Source: an uncultured Erysipelotrichaceae bacterium (lineage in GTDB: Bacteria; Bacillota_I; Bacilli_A; Erysipelotrichales; Erysipelotrichaceae). Taken from it: DNA of 32,000 nt. The position numbers and the translations under genes were made by a program. Below the pieces are notes generated by a model. It was not told the origin of the DNA, did not search any database, and saw nothing but the letters and a program-made list of their open reading frames with translations. Position 1 is the first letter of the stretch, and each line of letters opens with the position of its first letter. Location of the stretch: assembly GCA_942492995.1 (NCBI GenBank), contig OW818653.1, positions 510,001-542,000 on the forward strand. The letters run 5' to 3'. This document shows, piece by piece, positions 7,571-15,506 of this stretch.

Positions 7571-7610
7571 AACAGTCATAAACAATCATTACCAATCATT
7601 AACAATCAAA
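7571..7610 (+). repeat. Four tandem 10-bp repeats AACAATCATT (inverted relative to the upstream TGATTG repeats) between -10 and RBS
   Basis: AACAGTCATA / AACAATCATT / ACCAATCATT / AACAATCAAA. The core CAATCA (reverse complement TGATTG) sits at 7583, 7593 and 7603, plus CAGTCA at 7573. Confidence 0.6.
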
Positions 7611-7623
7611 TAAAGGAGACTAT

Positions 7624-8070
7624 ATGTTACTCAACGAAGATTCAATCATTCTAGATTGCGAACTAAACGATAAGGAAGAAATTATTCGCTATTTGGCTAA
7701 TGTCGCATTAAATACAAATAAAATTGTACAGTCAGAACCGTACATACTAGCTGTTTTGCACCGCGAGGGTGAATTCAGCACAGGTGTTGGGTATGGAGTC
7801 GCAATACCTCATGGTAAATCATCAGTCGTTAATCATGCATTTGTATTATTTTGTAAAGTAAATGATGTGGATTGGAATTCACTTGATGGAACATCCGTAA
7901 ATATGGTGTTTATGATAGGAGTTCCTGAACAGGATAATACGAATGAACATTTAAAGATACTTGCGATGTTATCACGTAAATTAATGAAGGAAGAATTTAG
8001 ATTGGCTTTAATGAATTCAAAAACAAAGGAAGAAGTACTGTCTATATTTAGACAATATGAGTTAAATTAA
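7624..8070 (+). CDS. PTS EIIA component, fructose/mannitol (EIIA-2) family, free-standing
   Basis: RBS AAGGAG. GVGYGVAIPHGK contains the phospho-His loop typical of the PTS_EIIA_2 family. First gene of the fruR-fruK-fruA cluster. Confidence 0.85.
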   Translation: MLLNEDSIILDCELNDKEEIIRYLANVALNTNKIVQSEPYILAVLHREGEFSTGVGYGVAIPHGKSSVVNHAFVLFCKVNDVDWNSLDGTSVNMVFMIGVPEQDNTNEHLKILAMLSRKLMKEEFRLALMNSKTKEEVLSIFRQYELN

Positions 8071-8071
8071 C

Positions 8072-8839
8072 ATGCTAGTTGGACAAAGAAGAAATCGAAT
8101 TATTGAACTACTAAAAGAAAATCACAGTATTAGTGTTTCGGATCTATGTGAAATTCTTGAAGCATCTGAAGCAACAATCCGTAGAGATTTATCTATTTTA
8201 GAAAACAGTGGGAAATTAGAGAGAACGCATGGTGGTGCGATTTATAACGAATCAAATCGCATTAATATTGAAGATGTTTTATCGTCAAGAGAAGGTAAAT
8301 TTCTTTTAGAAAAACAGTTAATTGCGAAGAAAGCATTTGACTTACTTGAGAACCACGACACGATCGTACTAGATGCTGGTACTACAACATATGAACTAGC
8401 GTATTTAATTGGTCAATCAAATTTACATCTAACAATCGTGACAAACTCGATGATTGTATTCAAAGAACTAGCTAAGAATCCGAATGTAGAACTAATCATA
8501 TTAGGTGGTAAGGTTCGAACAAACACACTCGCATCTGTTGGTAGTGCGGCTGTAGAGCTTATGCAACGATTATTTGTCGATAAAGCATTTCTAGGTACGA
8601 ATGGAATCAGTTTGAATGAAGGATTTACGACAACTGATATGGATGAAGCGGGTATCAAACGTGCCATGATTCAATCTTCTAAACAACGAATTATATTAGC
8701 AGATAACAGTAAATTTAATAAAGTTTACATTAATCAATTTGCACCTGTATCGATGGTAGATGTTATCGTGACAGATAATCAAACGAATCAAGAATTATTG
8801 AATGAATTCATAGAACGATATGACATTAAAGTTATATAA
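8072..8839 (+). CDS. fruR: DeoR-family transcriptional repressor, FruR-type
   Basis: N-terminal HTH (ISVSDLCEILEASEATIRRDL) plus DeoR C-terminal sugar-phosphate sensor domain. Located directly upstream of fruK/fruA. Confidence 0.88.
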   Translation: MLVGQRRNRIIELLKENHSISVSDLCEILEASEATIRRDLSILENSGKLERTHGGAIYNESNRINIEDVLSSREGKFLLEKQLIAKKAFDLLENHDTIVLDAGTTTYELAYLIGQSNLHLTIVTNSMIVFKELAKNPNVELIILGGKVRTNTLASVGSAAVELMQRLFVDKAFLGTNGISLNEGFTTTDMDEAGIKRAMIQSSKQRIILADNSKFNKVYINQFAPVSMVDVIVTDNQTNQELLNEFIERYDIKVI

Positions 8840-8850
8840 GGAGTTACAAC

Positions 8851-9780
8851 ATGATAACTACAGTTACATTAAATCCAGCAATCGATAAAACGATATCAGT
8901 TGAAAATTTCAGATTAAACTCTGTTAATCGTGTAAGTAATGTGTATGAAGATATTGGTGGAAAAGGGATTAATGTCTCGAAGGTTCTTAATTTATTAGGC
9001 GAAAGAAATGTTGCGTTGGGGTTTATTGGAGAAAGAAATTATAGTTTAACTCAAGCTCTAATAAAAAAACAAAACATCGTATCAGATTTTATATTAGTTG
9101 ATGCGTATACACGTATTAATACAAAAATTACAGATCCAGTTAATAAAACAACAACGGATATAAATGAAGCAGGATTTACAGTTCAATCGATACAAGTTGA
9201 ACAAATTAAATTATTGATAAGAACCTATTCTAAGTCGAGTGAATTTGTCGTATTTAGTGGTAGCGTTTGTCAAGGAGTTAGTAATGATGAATTCAAGGAA
9301 ATGCTAACGTTAGCGAATAATAGTAAGTTAGTCCTTGATGCGGATCGTGAAATACTGAAAATTGGCCTAACGTGTTCACCATATTTGATTAAACCTAATA
9401 TTCATGAATTAGAAGATTTATTAGGCATCAAACTTAAAACTACGAATGATGTGATTAATTCAGCTAAAGATTTAATTAAGCAGTATGGAATTACGTATGT
9501 ATTAGTTTCGTTAGGTGAAGAGGGAAGTATTTTAGTTTCTAGTGATATTACCTTAAAAGCAAATTCACTTAAAGTGGATGTTAAATCAACAGTTGGGGCT
9601 GGGGATTCGATGCTAGCTGGTTTCCTATTCGGATTATCTCAGAATAAGGGTTTAGAAGAAGCACTTAAGTATGCGAGTTGTTGCGGTGGTTTTGCAGTAA
9701 GTGGCGAATCGCTTAGTGAATTTAATCGAAAAGATATTAGAGAATCATTGAATCTAATAAGTGTAGAAGTAATCAAATAG
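8851..9780 (+). CDS. fruK: 1-phosphofructokinase (PfkB/ribokinase family)
   Basis: RBS AAGGAG. MITTVTLNPAIDKT N-terminus, GGKGINVS, and the C-terminal GAGDSMLAGF nucleotide-binding motif. fru operon context. Confidence 0.9.
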   Translation: MITTVTLNPAIDKTISVENFRLNSVNRVSNVYEDIGGKGINVSKVLNLLGERNVALGFIGERNYSLTQALIKKQNIVSDFILVDAYTRINTKITDPVNKTTTDINEAGFTVQSIQVEQIKLLIRTYSKSSEFVVFSGSVCQGVSNDEFKEMLTLANNSKLVLDADREILKIGLTCSPYLIKPNIHELEDLLGIKLKTTNDVINSAKDLIKQYGITYVLVSLGEEGSILVSSDITLKANSLKVDVKSTVGAGDSMLAGFLFGLSQNKGLEEALKYASCCGGFAVSGESLSEFNRKDIRESLNLISVEVIK

Positions 9781-9820
9781 GCCTTAATCCAATAGGATTC
9801 AAATAAAGGAGGAAAGAAAG

Positions 9821-11167
9821 ATGAAAATTTGTGCAGTTACTGCATGCCCAACAGGAATAGCTCATACATATATGGCAGCTGAAGCGTTATCTGATGCGGC
9901 AAAAAAATTAGGGTATGAGATTAGTGTTGAGACGAGAGGTTCAGTTGGTGTAGAGGGTGAGTTGAGTAAAGAAGATATCAAAAATGCGGATTTTATCATA
10001 TTAGCATGTGATACTTCAGTCCCAACTGAGAGATTTGCTGGTAAAAAAGTACTTACTGTATCGGTAAGTGAAGCAATTAAAAACTCAAATGATTTATTTG
10101 AAAGGGCAAAAAATGCGCCAGTTCAAAAATCTGATGAAGTTAAAGAAGAATTAAAATCAAATAAAAAACAAAATGATTTCTATAAACATTTAATGAATGG
10201 TGTATCATTCATGATTCCGTTTGTGGTAGCTGGTGGGATTGCGATTGCGTTTAGCTTTGCGTTTGGTTATGACGCATTCCAAACTCCGAATACATTACCT
10301 GCTTACTTAATGACAATTGGAGGATCTGGTGGATTTGGATTAATGGTTCCAATTCTATCTGGATATATTGCGTATTCGATCGCGGATCGTCCGGGCTTAG
10401 CTCCTGGTATGATTGGTGGCGTTGTCGCAAGTAGTATAGGAGCTGGTTTCTTAGGTGGTATGGCTTCAGGTTTCTTAGCTGGTTATGTTGTTAATTTTAT
10501 TAAGAAAACAGTTAAATTACCTAAATCCTTACAAGGTATCATGCCAGTATTAATTATTCCTGTATTTGGTTCATTAATTGTAGGTTTATTGTTCTTCTAC
10601 GTTCTTGGAACACCAATTGCCTTTATTAATACAACAGTTGCGAATTTCTTAACAGGTTTAAGTGGAGGAAGTGCAATTGTATTAGGATTATTATTAGGAT
10701 TAATGATGGCATTCGATATGGGTGGACCAATTAATAAAGCCGCATATGCGTTTGGGACTGCTACATTAGTTGCTGGACAAGGTTCTGCAATTATGGCTGC
10801 TGTAATGGCAGGGGGTATGGTTCCTCCATTAGGTATCGGATTAGCAACACTCGTATTTAAAAAGAAATTCGTTGAAGCAGAATTAGATGCAGGTAAGGCA
10901 AACTTAGTATTAGGTGCAAGTTTCATTACTGAAGGCGCAATACCGTTTGCGGCAGCGGATCCATTACATGTTATGCCATCAATTATGGCAGGTGGTGCTT
11001 TAGCAGGCGCATTATCAATGGCGTTTGGAAGTACATTAGCAGTACCACATGGTGGAATCTTCGTTCTATTTGCGGTTGAAAACCTTGTTGGTTACGTCAT
11101 TGCTATTCTAGCAGGATCAATATTAACAGCTGTATTACTTGGAATATTAAAAAAGGATGTTGAATAA
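9821..11167 (+). CDS. fruA: PTS fructose-specific EIIBC component
   Basis: RBS AAGGAGG. IIB domain with the active-site Cys in VTACPTGIAHTYMAAEAL, followed by a polytopic Gly-rich IIC domain. Confidence 0.92.
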   Translation: MKICAVTACPTGIAHTYMAAEALSDAAKKLGYEISVETRGSVGVEGELSKEDIKNADFIILACDTSVPTERFAGKKVLTVSVSEAIKNSNDLFERAKNAPVQKSDEVKEELKSNKKQNDFYKHLMNGVSFMIPFVVAGGIAIAFSFAFGYDAFQTPNTLPAYLMTIGGSGGFGLMVPILSGYIAYSIADRPGLAPGMIGGVVASSIGAGFLGGMASGFLAGYVVNFIKKTVKLPKSLQGIMPVLIIPVFGSLIVGLLFFYVLGTPIAFINTTVANFLTGLSGGSAIVLGLLLGLMMAFDMGGPINKAAYAFGTATLVAGQGSAIMAAVMAGGMVPPLGIGLATLVFKKKFVEAELDAGKANLVLGASFITEGAIPFAAADPLHVMPSIMAGGALAGALSMAFGSTLAVPHGGIFVLFAVENLVGYVIAILAGSILTAVLLGILKKDVE

Positions 11168-11176
11168 ATTAAACTA

Positions 11177-11206
11177 ATATCTTCCGATTTGGAAGATATT
11201 TTTTTA
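11177..11206 (+). terminator. Rho-independent terminator of the fru operon
   Basis: ATATCTTCC-GATTT-GGAAGATAT perfect 9-10 bp stem followed by TTTTTT. Confidence 0.85.
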
Positions 11207-11207
11207 T

Positions 11208-11241
11208 CTTAATCTAGACTTAATCTAAACTGTGATAAGAT
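11208..11241 (+). promoter_or_regulatory. Direct repeat CTTAATCTA x2 (11-bp register) plus extended -10 TGATAAGAT: candidate activator-dependent promoter of the ABC-PASTA operon
   Basis: CTTAATCTA at 11208-11216 and 11219-11227. TG (11233-34)-A-TAAGAT (11236-41). No good -35 hexamer at 17-nt spacing. Confidence 0.4.
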
Positions 11242-11272
11242 AAAAACGTAATAAATCATAAGGAGGAGTAGT

Positions 11273-12703
11273 ATGAACTTTTTAAAACGTGCATTTCTAA
11301 GTTTAGTTCGAAGAAAAGGTAAATCTTTAATTCTTTTAATCATTATCTTTATTCTAAGTAATGTTATGGCTGGTTCTATCGCAATCGGTCAAGCATCTAA
11401 GAATGTCGAAAAGACGATTAAACTACAATTAGGGGCTAACGCAACCGTTGAACTTGATTGGGAAAAGATGCAAGACTGGAATGAGGATCAATGGAATGCA
11501 TTAGAATATATCACACCAGAAACAGCTGACCAAATTGGTAATTTGTCCTATGTTAAATATTATGATTATAGTTCGGAAACGTATATCAGTTCTTCAACTA
11601 TTACACAATATGATCCAAACATGGTTGAAGTACCTACAGTTAGTTATTTCCCTATAAAAGGTGTTCAATATGCACCAATTTTGGATATTGTGAATGGAAA
11701 TGCGAGCTTAACACAAGGTCGTACATTTAACGATACTGAGATTGCGAATGGTGATTATGTTGGGCTTATTTCTGATAAACTAGCTGAACAAAATAATATA
11801 TTTGTTGGTGATATTGTCTATTTAGTGAATTCATTTCAAATATATAATCCTGATGGAACATTTGAAGAAATTAAACGTGATATCGCGATTGAAGTAATTG
11901 GGATATTTACACCTAAGGTTGAACAATCCACCGAAAACAATGGTGGATGGATTGACTATACTCCATTCAACCGTATTTATGTACCTAATGGAGTCGTTCA
12001 TGCGGAAACTCGTTGGTTAAACGAACAATACGCAATCGCGTATCCTGATTCTAATGTAAGAGTAGATCAAATCTACATTACACCAACATTCGTTTTGAAT
12101 AATCCAGAAGATGTAGAAAGCTTTAGAACTGAAGCTAAGAGCTTATTACCTGATTACTATAAAGTAACAGTATCAAGTGATGCGTATGATTCAGTAGCTG
12201 GTCCGATTAAGTTTATTGGATCATTATCGAACATTATTCTATATGTTGCGATTGGCGCAACAATCCTTATCTTAAGTTTAGTTGTTATATTATTCTTAAG
12301 AGATCGTAAACATGAATTAGGTATCTACTTAGCACTTGGTGAAAAGAAATCTAAAGTTGTTGGTCAAATTCTAATTGAAGTAGTTTCGATTGCTTTAATT
12401 GCGATAACATTATCCTTATTAACCGGTAATTCAATTGCGGAATCTACATCACAATCGATGATTGATTTAAGAAATGAAATCACTGGTAATACTGGTACAG
12501 ATGGTGGCGTTATTTATAAAGATATGGGCTATTATCCTGGCACTGGCGTTACTGAAGATGATGTTATGGAAGCTTACAAAATTCAATTCTCATGGGATTA
12601 TGTTATTATCCTTTATGGAGTAGGGCTTGGAACTGTATTACTTTCAAGTATCGCGCCAATGATTTATATCTTAAGATTAAAACCAAAGAAAATAATGATG
12701 TAA
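11273..12703 (+). CDS. ABC transporter permease, FtsX/MacB fold with large extracytoplasmic domain (476 aa)
   Basis: RBS AAGGAGG. N-terminal TM (SLILLIIIFILSNVMAGSIAI), ~290-aa extracytoplasmic domain, three C-terminal TMs with a ~55-aa insert before the last TM. Single permease gene, implying a homodimer. Confidence 0.88.
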   Translation: MNFLKRAFLSLVRRKGKSLILLIIIFILSNVMAGSIAIGQASKNVEKTIKLQLGANATVELDWEKMQDWNEDQWNALEYITPETADQIGNLSYVKYYDYSSETYISSSTITQYDPNMVEVPTVSYFPIKGVQYAPILDIVNGNASLTQGRTFNDTEIANGDYVGLISDKLAEQNNIFVGDIVYLVNSFQIYNPDGTFEEIKRDIAIEVIGIFTPKVEQSTENNGGWIDYTPFNRIYVPNGVVHAETRWLNEQYAIAYPDSNVRVDQIYITPTFVLNNPEDVESFRTEAKSLLPDYYKVTVSSDAYDSVAGPIKFIGSLSNIILYVAIGATILILSLVVILFLRDRKHELGIYLALGEKKSKVVGQILIEVVSIALIAITLSLLTGNSIAESTSQSMIDLRNEITGNTGTDGGVIYKDMGYYPGTGVTEDDVMEAYKIQFSWDYVIILYGVGLGTVLLSSIAPMIYILRLKPKKIMM

Positions 12704-12713
12704 GAGGTGAACT

Positions 12714-13388
12714 ATGGCAATCCTAAAAGCAAATAATTTAAAGTATTATTATCAAGATGGTGAGAATATAAGAACCATTCTAAAAGATTTAAGTATTGAA
12801 TTTGAAAAAGGTAAATTTTATACGATCTTAGGTCCATCAGGAAGTGGTAAAACAACATTATTATCGTTGTTAGCTGCGTTGGATGAACCTAAAGAAGGTG
12901 TAATTTTGTATAATGATAAAGATATTAAAACCATTGGTTATGAAAAGTATCGTAGAAATATGGTAAGTATCGTATTCCAAAGTTATAACTTAGTACCTTA
13001 TATGACTGCGGTTGAGAACGTAATGATTCCAATGGCGATTACTGAAAATGATATACCTAAGAATTCAAAAGAAGTCGCATATAATTTATTAGATTATATT
13101 GGAATTACTAAAACTAAAGCAGATCGTATTGTAAATAAACTATCAGGTGGTGAGCAACAACGTGTTGCGATTGCTCGATCTCTTGCTAGTAATGTAGATG
13201 TTATCTTTGCGGATGAACCTACTGGTAATTTAGATTCTGAACTTGAAGAAGAGATCATTGGAATCTTTAGAATGCTAGCACATGAACATGGTAAATGTAT
13301 TATTATGGTTACTCACTCCAAAGAAATCGCGGATAAATCCGATGTATCTTACCATTTAAGAAAAGGAGTATTATTACAAAATGAGTGA
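12714..13388 (+). CDS. ABC transporter ATP-binding protein (MacB/FtsE-like NBD)
   Basis: RBS AGAGGTG. Walker [10 protein letters not shown], signature LSGGEQQR, Walker [10 protein letters not shown]-loop VTHS. Confidence 0.92.
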   Translation: MAILKANNLKYYYQDGENIRTILKDLSIEFEKGKFYTILGPSGSGKTTLLSLLAALDEPKEGVILYNDKDIKTIGYEKYRRNMVSIVFQSYNLVPYMTAVENVMIPMAITENDIPKNSKEVAYNLLDYIGITKTKADRIVNKLSGGEQQRVAIARSLASNVDVIFADEPTGNLDSELEEEIIGIFRMLAHEHGKCIIMVTHSKEIADKSDVSYHLRKGVLLQNE

Positions 13389-14775
13389 TTTTTTGAATAA
13401 ATTTTCTAAACAAGATTACAAAGACGATCAAAAGAAAAAAGCGGAAGAAGTTGTTAAACCAGCTTCTACACCTGAACCAACTCAAACTGTAGTTAGTACT
13501 CCGATTGAGTCAATAAAAACAGTTGAGAAAGTGGAAACTAAAACAATTGAACAAACAGTCAAACATAAACCAAGAGGTTCTCATCAAGAACCTGAAGAAG
13601 TTCACATTGATCCAAGTTATCGTCGTAATCAACGGAATAAATTAATTGGTGGCGTTGTTGCTGTAGTGTTATTAATTGCGATTTCGTTTGGTGCGTATTA
13701 TTTATTGAATCAAGTTCAAGTTCCAGATTATATCAATAAACCTTTCTCAGAACTCAAGACTTGGGCTTCAAGAAATAATGTTGTATTAGAAACTGAGTAC
13801 GCATTCTCATTGGAAGTTTCGCAGGATTATGTCATTGAAATGAATCCACTCGCAAATTCTAACGTTCAAAAAGGTTCGATTATGCGCGTTATCGTAAGTA
13901 GTGGTGCTGATCCAGATGAGCTTATACAAGTTCCTGATTTCACAGGCAACTCATATGGACAAATACAAGATTGGTTAAATTCCAATAAAATAAATAACTT
14001 ACGTATTACATATGAAAACAATGAAGACATTCCTGTCAATGAATATGTAAAGATTGTATTCAATGATAAAACTGTAACGAGTGACAATTATACGCGAAAA
14101 GACTATGGATTAATTTATATCTCAAATGGTCCAATTGTATATGAAAAGAATATCGAAGTACCTGATTGGTCTACGACTAACGCGAATGTTGGAGTTGTGG
14201 AAGCATGGGGCCTTCAAAATGATGTAAGTATCATTGTAAAACTTGTTAATTCATCAACTGTTGCGATGAATGGTGTAATTAACCAAAGTGTTGCGCCTAA
14301 AACAATGGTTTCGAAGAAATCATCGATTACAATTTCTGTATCATTAGGTCAAGTTGTAGTTGTGCCTGATTTCTCTAAGATATCTAAAGAAGAAGCCGCA
14401 TCTGTAACACTTAATAATGCGATTGTTAAATATGTAGAAATGTATCAACCTGCAACTGGCGCTAAGTATGGTAATTATATTTGGCAAGATGTTAAGGCGG
14501 GCACAAATGTAAATCAAAGTAGTACGACTAAGTTAGTTATTACTGTTTATTATTCATTAGGTAGACCGTATTTAAATAGTCTATCTGGACAAAAAGAATC
14601 TGTAATACCTGATATTATTTATAATTTTAACAAGGATACAGCTAATTTTACCTACACAATAAATTATGTAAACAGTAGTGAAGAAAAGGGTAATATCGTA
14701 TCCATGTCGCCTACTAATCAATACGTTGATCCAGGTCAACATATTGTGTTTGAAGTTTCAAACGGAACACCTTGA
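13381..14775 (+). CDS. Single-pass membrane protein with five tandem PASTA-like domains; no kinase or transpeptidase domain
   Basis: ATG 13381 overlaps the ATPase stop (ATGAGTGA), RBS AAAGGAG 13363-69. It has a K/E/T/P-rich ~86-aa N-terminus and a TM at aa 87-109. Five ~65-70-aa repeats follow, each opening VPD[YFW] (or IPD) and closing in a V/I-S-x-G strand (IVSSG, YISNG, SVSLG, YYSLG, EVSNG). Confidence 0.85.
   Translation: MSDFLNKFSKQDYKDDQKKKAEEVVKPASTPEPTQTVVSTPIESIKTVEKVETKTIEQTVKHKPRGSHQEPEEVHIDPSYRRNQRNKLIGGVVAVVLLIAISFGAYYLLNQVQVPDYINKPFSELKTWASRNNVVLETEYAFSLEVSQDYVIEMNPLANSNVQKGSIMRVIVSSGADPDELIQVPDFTGNSYGQIQDWLNSNKINNLRITYENNEDIPVNEYVKIVFNDKTVTSDNYTRKDYGLIYISNGPIVYEKNIEVPDWSTTNANVGVVEAWGLQNDVSIIVKLVNSSTVAMNGVINQSVAPKTMVSKKSSITISVSLGQVVVVPDFSKISKEEAASVTLNNAIVKYVEMYQPATGAKYGNYIWQDVKAGTNVNQSSTTKLVITVYYSLGRPYLNSLSGQKESVIPDIIYNFNKDTANFTYTINYVNSSEEKGNIVSMSPTNQYVDPGQHIVFEVSNGTP
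13714..14766 (+). repeat. Protein-level tandem repeat: five PASTA-like modules (aa ~112-175, 182-250, 258-323, 326-394, 397-462)
   Basis: Recurrent pattern: VPD-x-x-(G/N/S)-x(3-6)-amphipathic helix, then beta strands ending hydrophobic-x-(V/I)S-x-G. Repeats are diverged at the DNA level, with no nucleotide repeat. Confidence 0.7.
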
Positions 14776-14796
14776 TTTAATTCAAGGTGTTTTTTA
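14767..14796 (+). terminator. Rho-independent terminator of the ABC-PASTA operon
   Basis: ACACCTTGA-TTTAAT-TCAAGGTGT perfect 9-bp stem (includes the stop codon) followed by TTTTT. Confidence 0.85.
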
Positions 14797-14815
14797 TATG
14801 TTTAATCGATGTACA

Positions 14816-14824
14816 TGATACAAT
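14816..14824 (+). promoter_or_regulatory. Extended -10 element TGATACAAT upstream of the NmrA-like gene
   Basis: TG-A-TACAAT located 22 nt upstream of ATG 14847 and ahead of RBS AAGGAG. No convincing -35. Confidence 0.35.
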
Positions 14825-14846
14825 TTTGATAGGTTAAGGAGATTAT

Positions 14847-15479
14847 ATGAAAATTGGAGTAATTGCCGCAAGTGGTAAAGTAGGGAAGTTAGTTGTAGAA
14901 GAAGCGTTGAGACGAAACCATGATGTTGTTGGGATCGTGAGAGATGCTAATAAAGTAGATCAAACTATACGTGTTATAGAAAAAGATATTTTTGAAATAA
15001 CAGCTCAAGATATATGTGATTTTGATGTTGTGATTAATGCGTTTGGTTCAAAAGGGGCAGATCCTGTTGTTTATCAAACTTCCACAAAACATCTAATAAA
15101 TGTATTTGAATCATGTTTAAATACACGTTTAATCGTAGTTGGTGGTGCTGGTAGTTTATATACAGATTCAAGTATGACCCAACAAGTTTTTGAAACACCC
15201 GATTTTCCTTCTATGATTTATCCAACGAGTTCTAATATGGCGAAAGGGTTGGATATGTTAAGAAATAGTTCAATTAAATGGACATTTATGACTCCTGCAA
15301 TTAATTTTGATTCTAAAGGACCTAAAACAGGAGAATATCAATTAGGTACAGAGTTTGTGATTTTAAATAAAGCTGGTAATAGCTATGTGAGTTATTTGGA
15401 TTATGTAATCGCATTATTGGATGAAGTCGAAAACCAGAGATTTATCAATAAACGATTTACAGTAGTATCAGAAAACTAA
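14847..15479 (+). CDS. NAD(P)H-binding NmrA/atypical-SDR family protein (YwnB/BVR-B-like)
   Basis: N-terminal Rossmann motif MKIGVIAASGKVGKLVVEEAL; ~210-aa size and overall pattern typical of NAD(P)-binding domain oxidoreductases. Substrate unknown. Confidence 0.8.
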   Translation: MKIGVIAASGKVGKLVVEEALRRNHDVVGIVRDANKVDQTIRVIEKDIFEITAQDICDFDVVINAFGSKGADPVVYQTSTKHLINVFESCLNTRLIVVGGAGSLYTDSSMTQQVFETPDFPSMIYPTSSNMAKGLDMLRNSSIKWTFMTPAINFDSKGPKTGEYQLGTEFVILNKAGNSYVSYLDYVIALLDEVENQRFINKRFTVVSEN

Positions 15480-15504
15480 ACCCAAGGAATTATCCTTGGG
15501 TTTT
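15478..15504. terminator. Bidirectional rho-independent terminator between the convergent NmrA-like gene and proA
   Basis: AAACCCAAGGA-ATTA-TCCTTGGGTTT with T-runs on both strands (TTTTCTTT on +, TTTAGTTTT on -). Confidence 0.85.
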
Positions 15505-15506
15505 CT

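Noticed and set aside
7624-8070. The free-standing EIIA as a PtsN-type nitrogen-regulatory EIIA(Ntr)
   Set aside because: It is the first gene of the fruR-fruK-fruA(IIBC) operon, and FruA lacks its own IIA domain. A fructose-specific IIA is the parsimonious reading.
8413-8667. 84-aa antisense ORF within fruR
   Set aside because: Antisense to a clear DeoR-family CDS, with no independent support.
10597-10926. 109-aa minus-strand ORF inside fruA
   Set aside because: It is antisense to the Gly/Ala-rich IIC domain, and its Pro/Asn/Ala-rich translation is the mirror of that composition. No start context.
13866-14087. 73-aa antisense ORF within the PASTA protein gene
   Set aside because: Antisense, with no RBS. 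The plus-strand frame shows the repeated PASTA pattern across this stretch.
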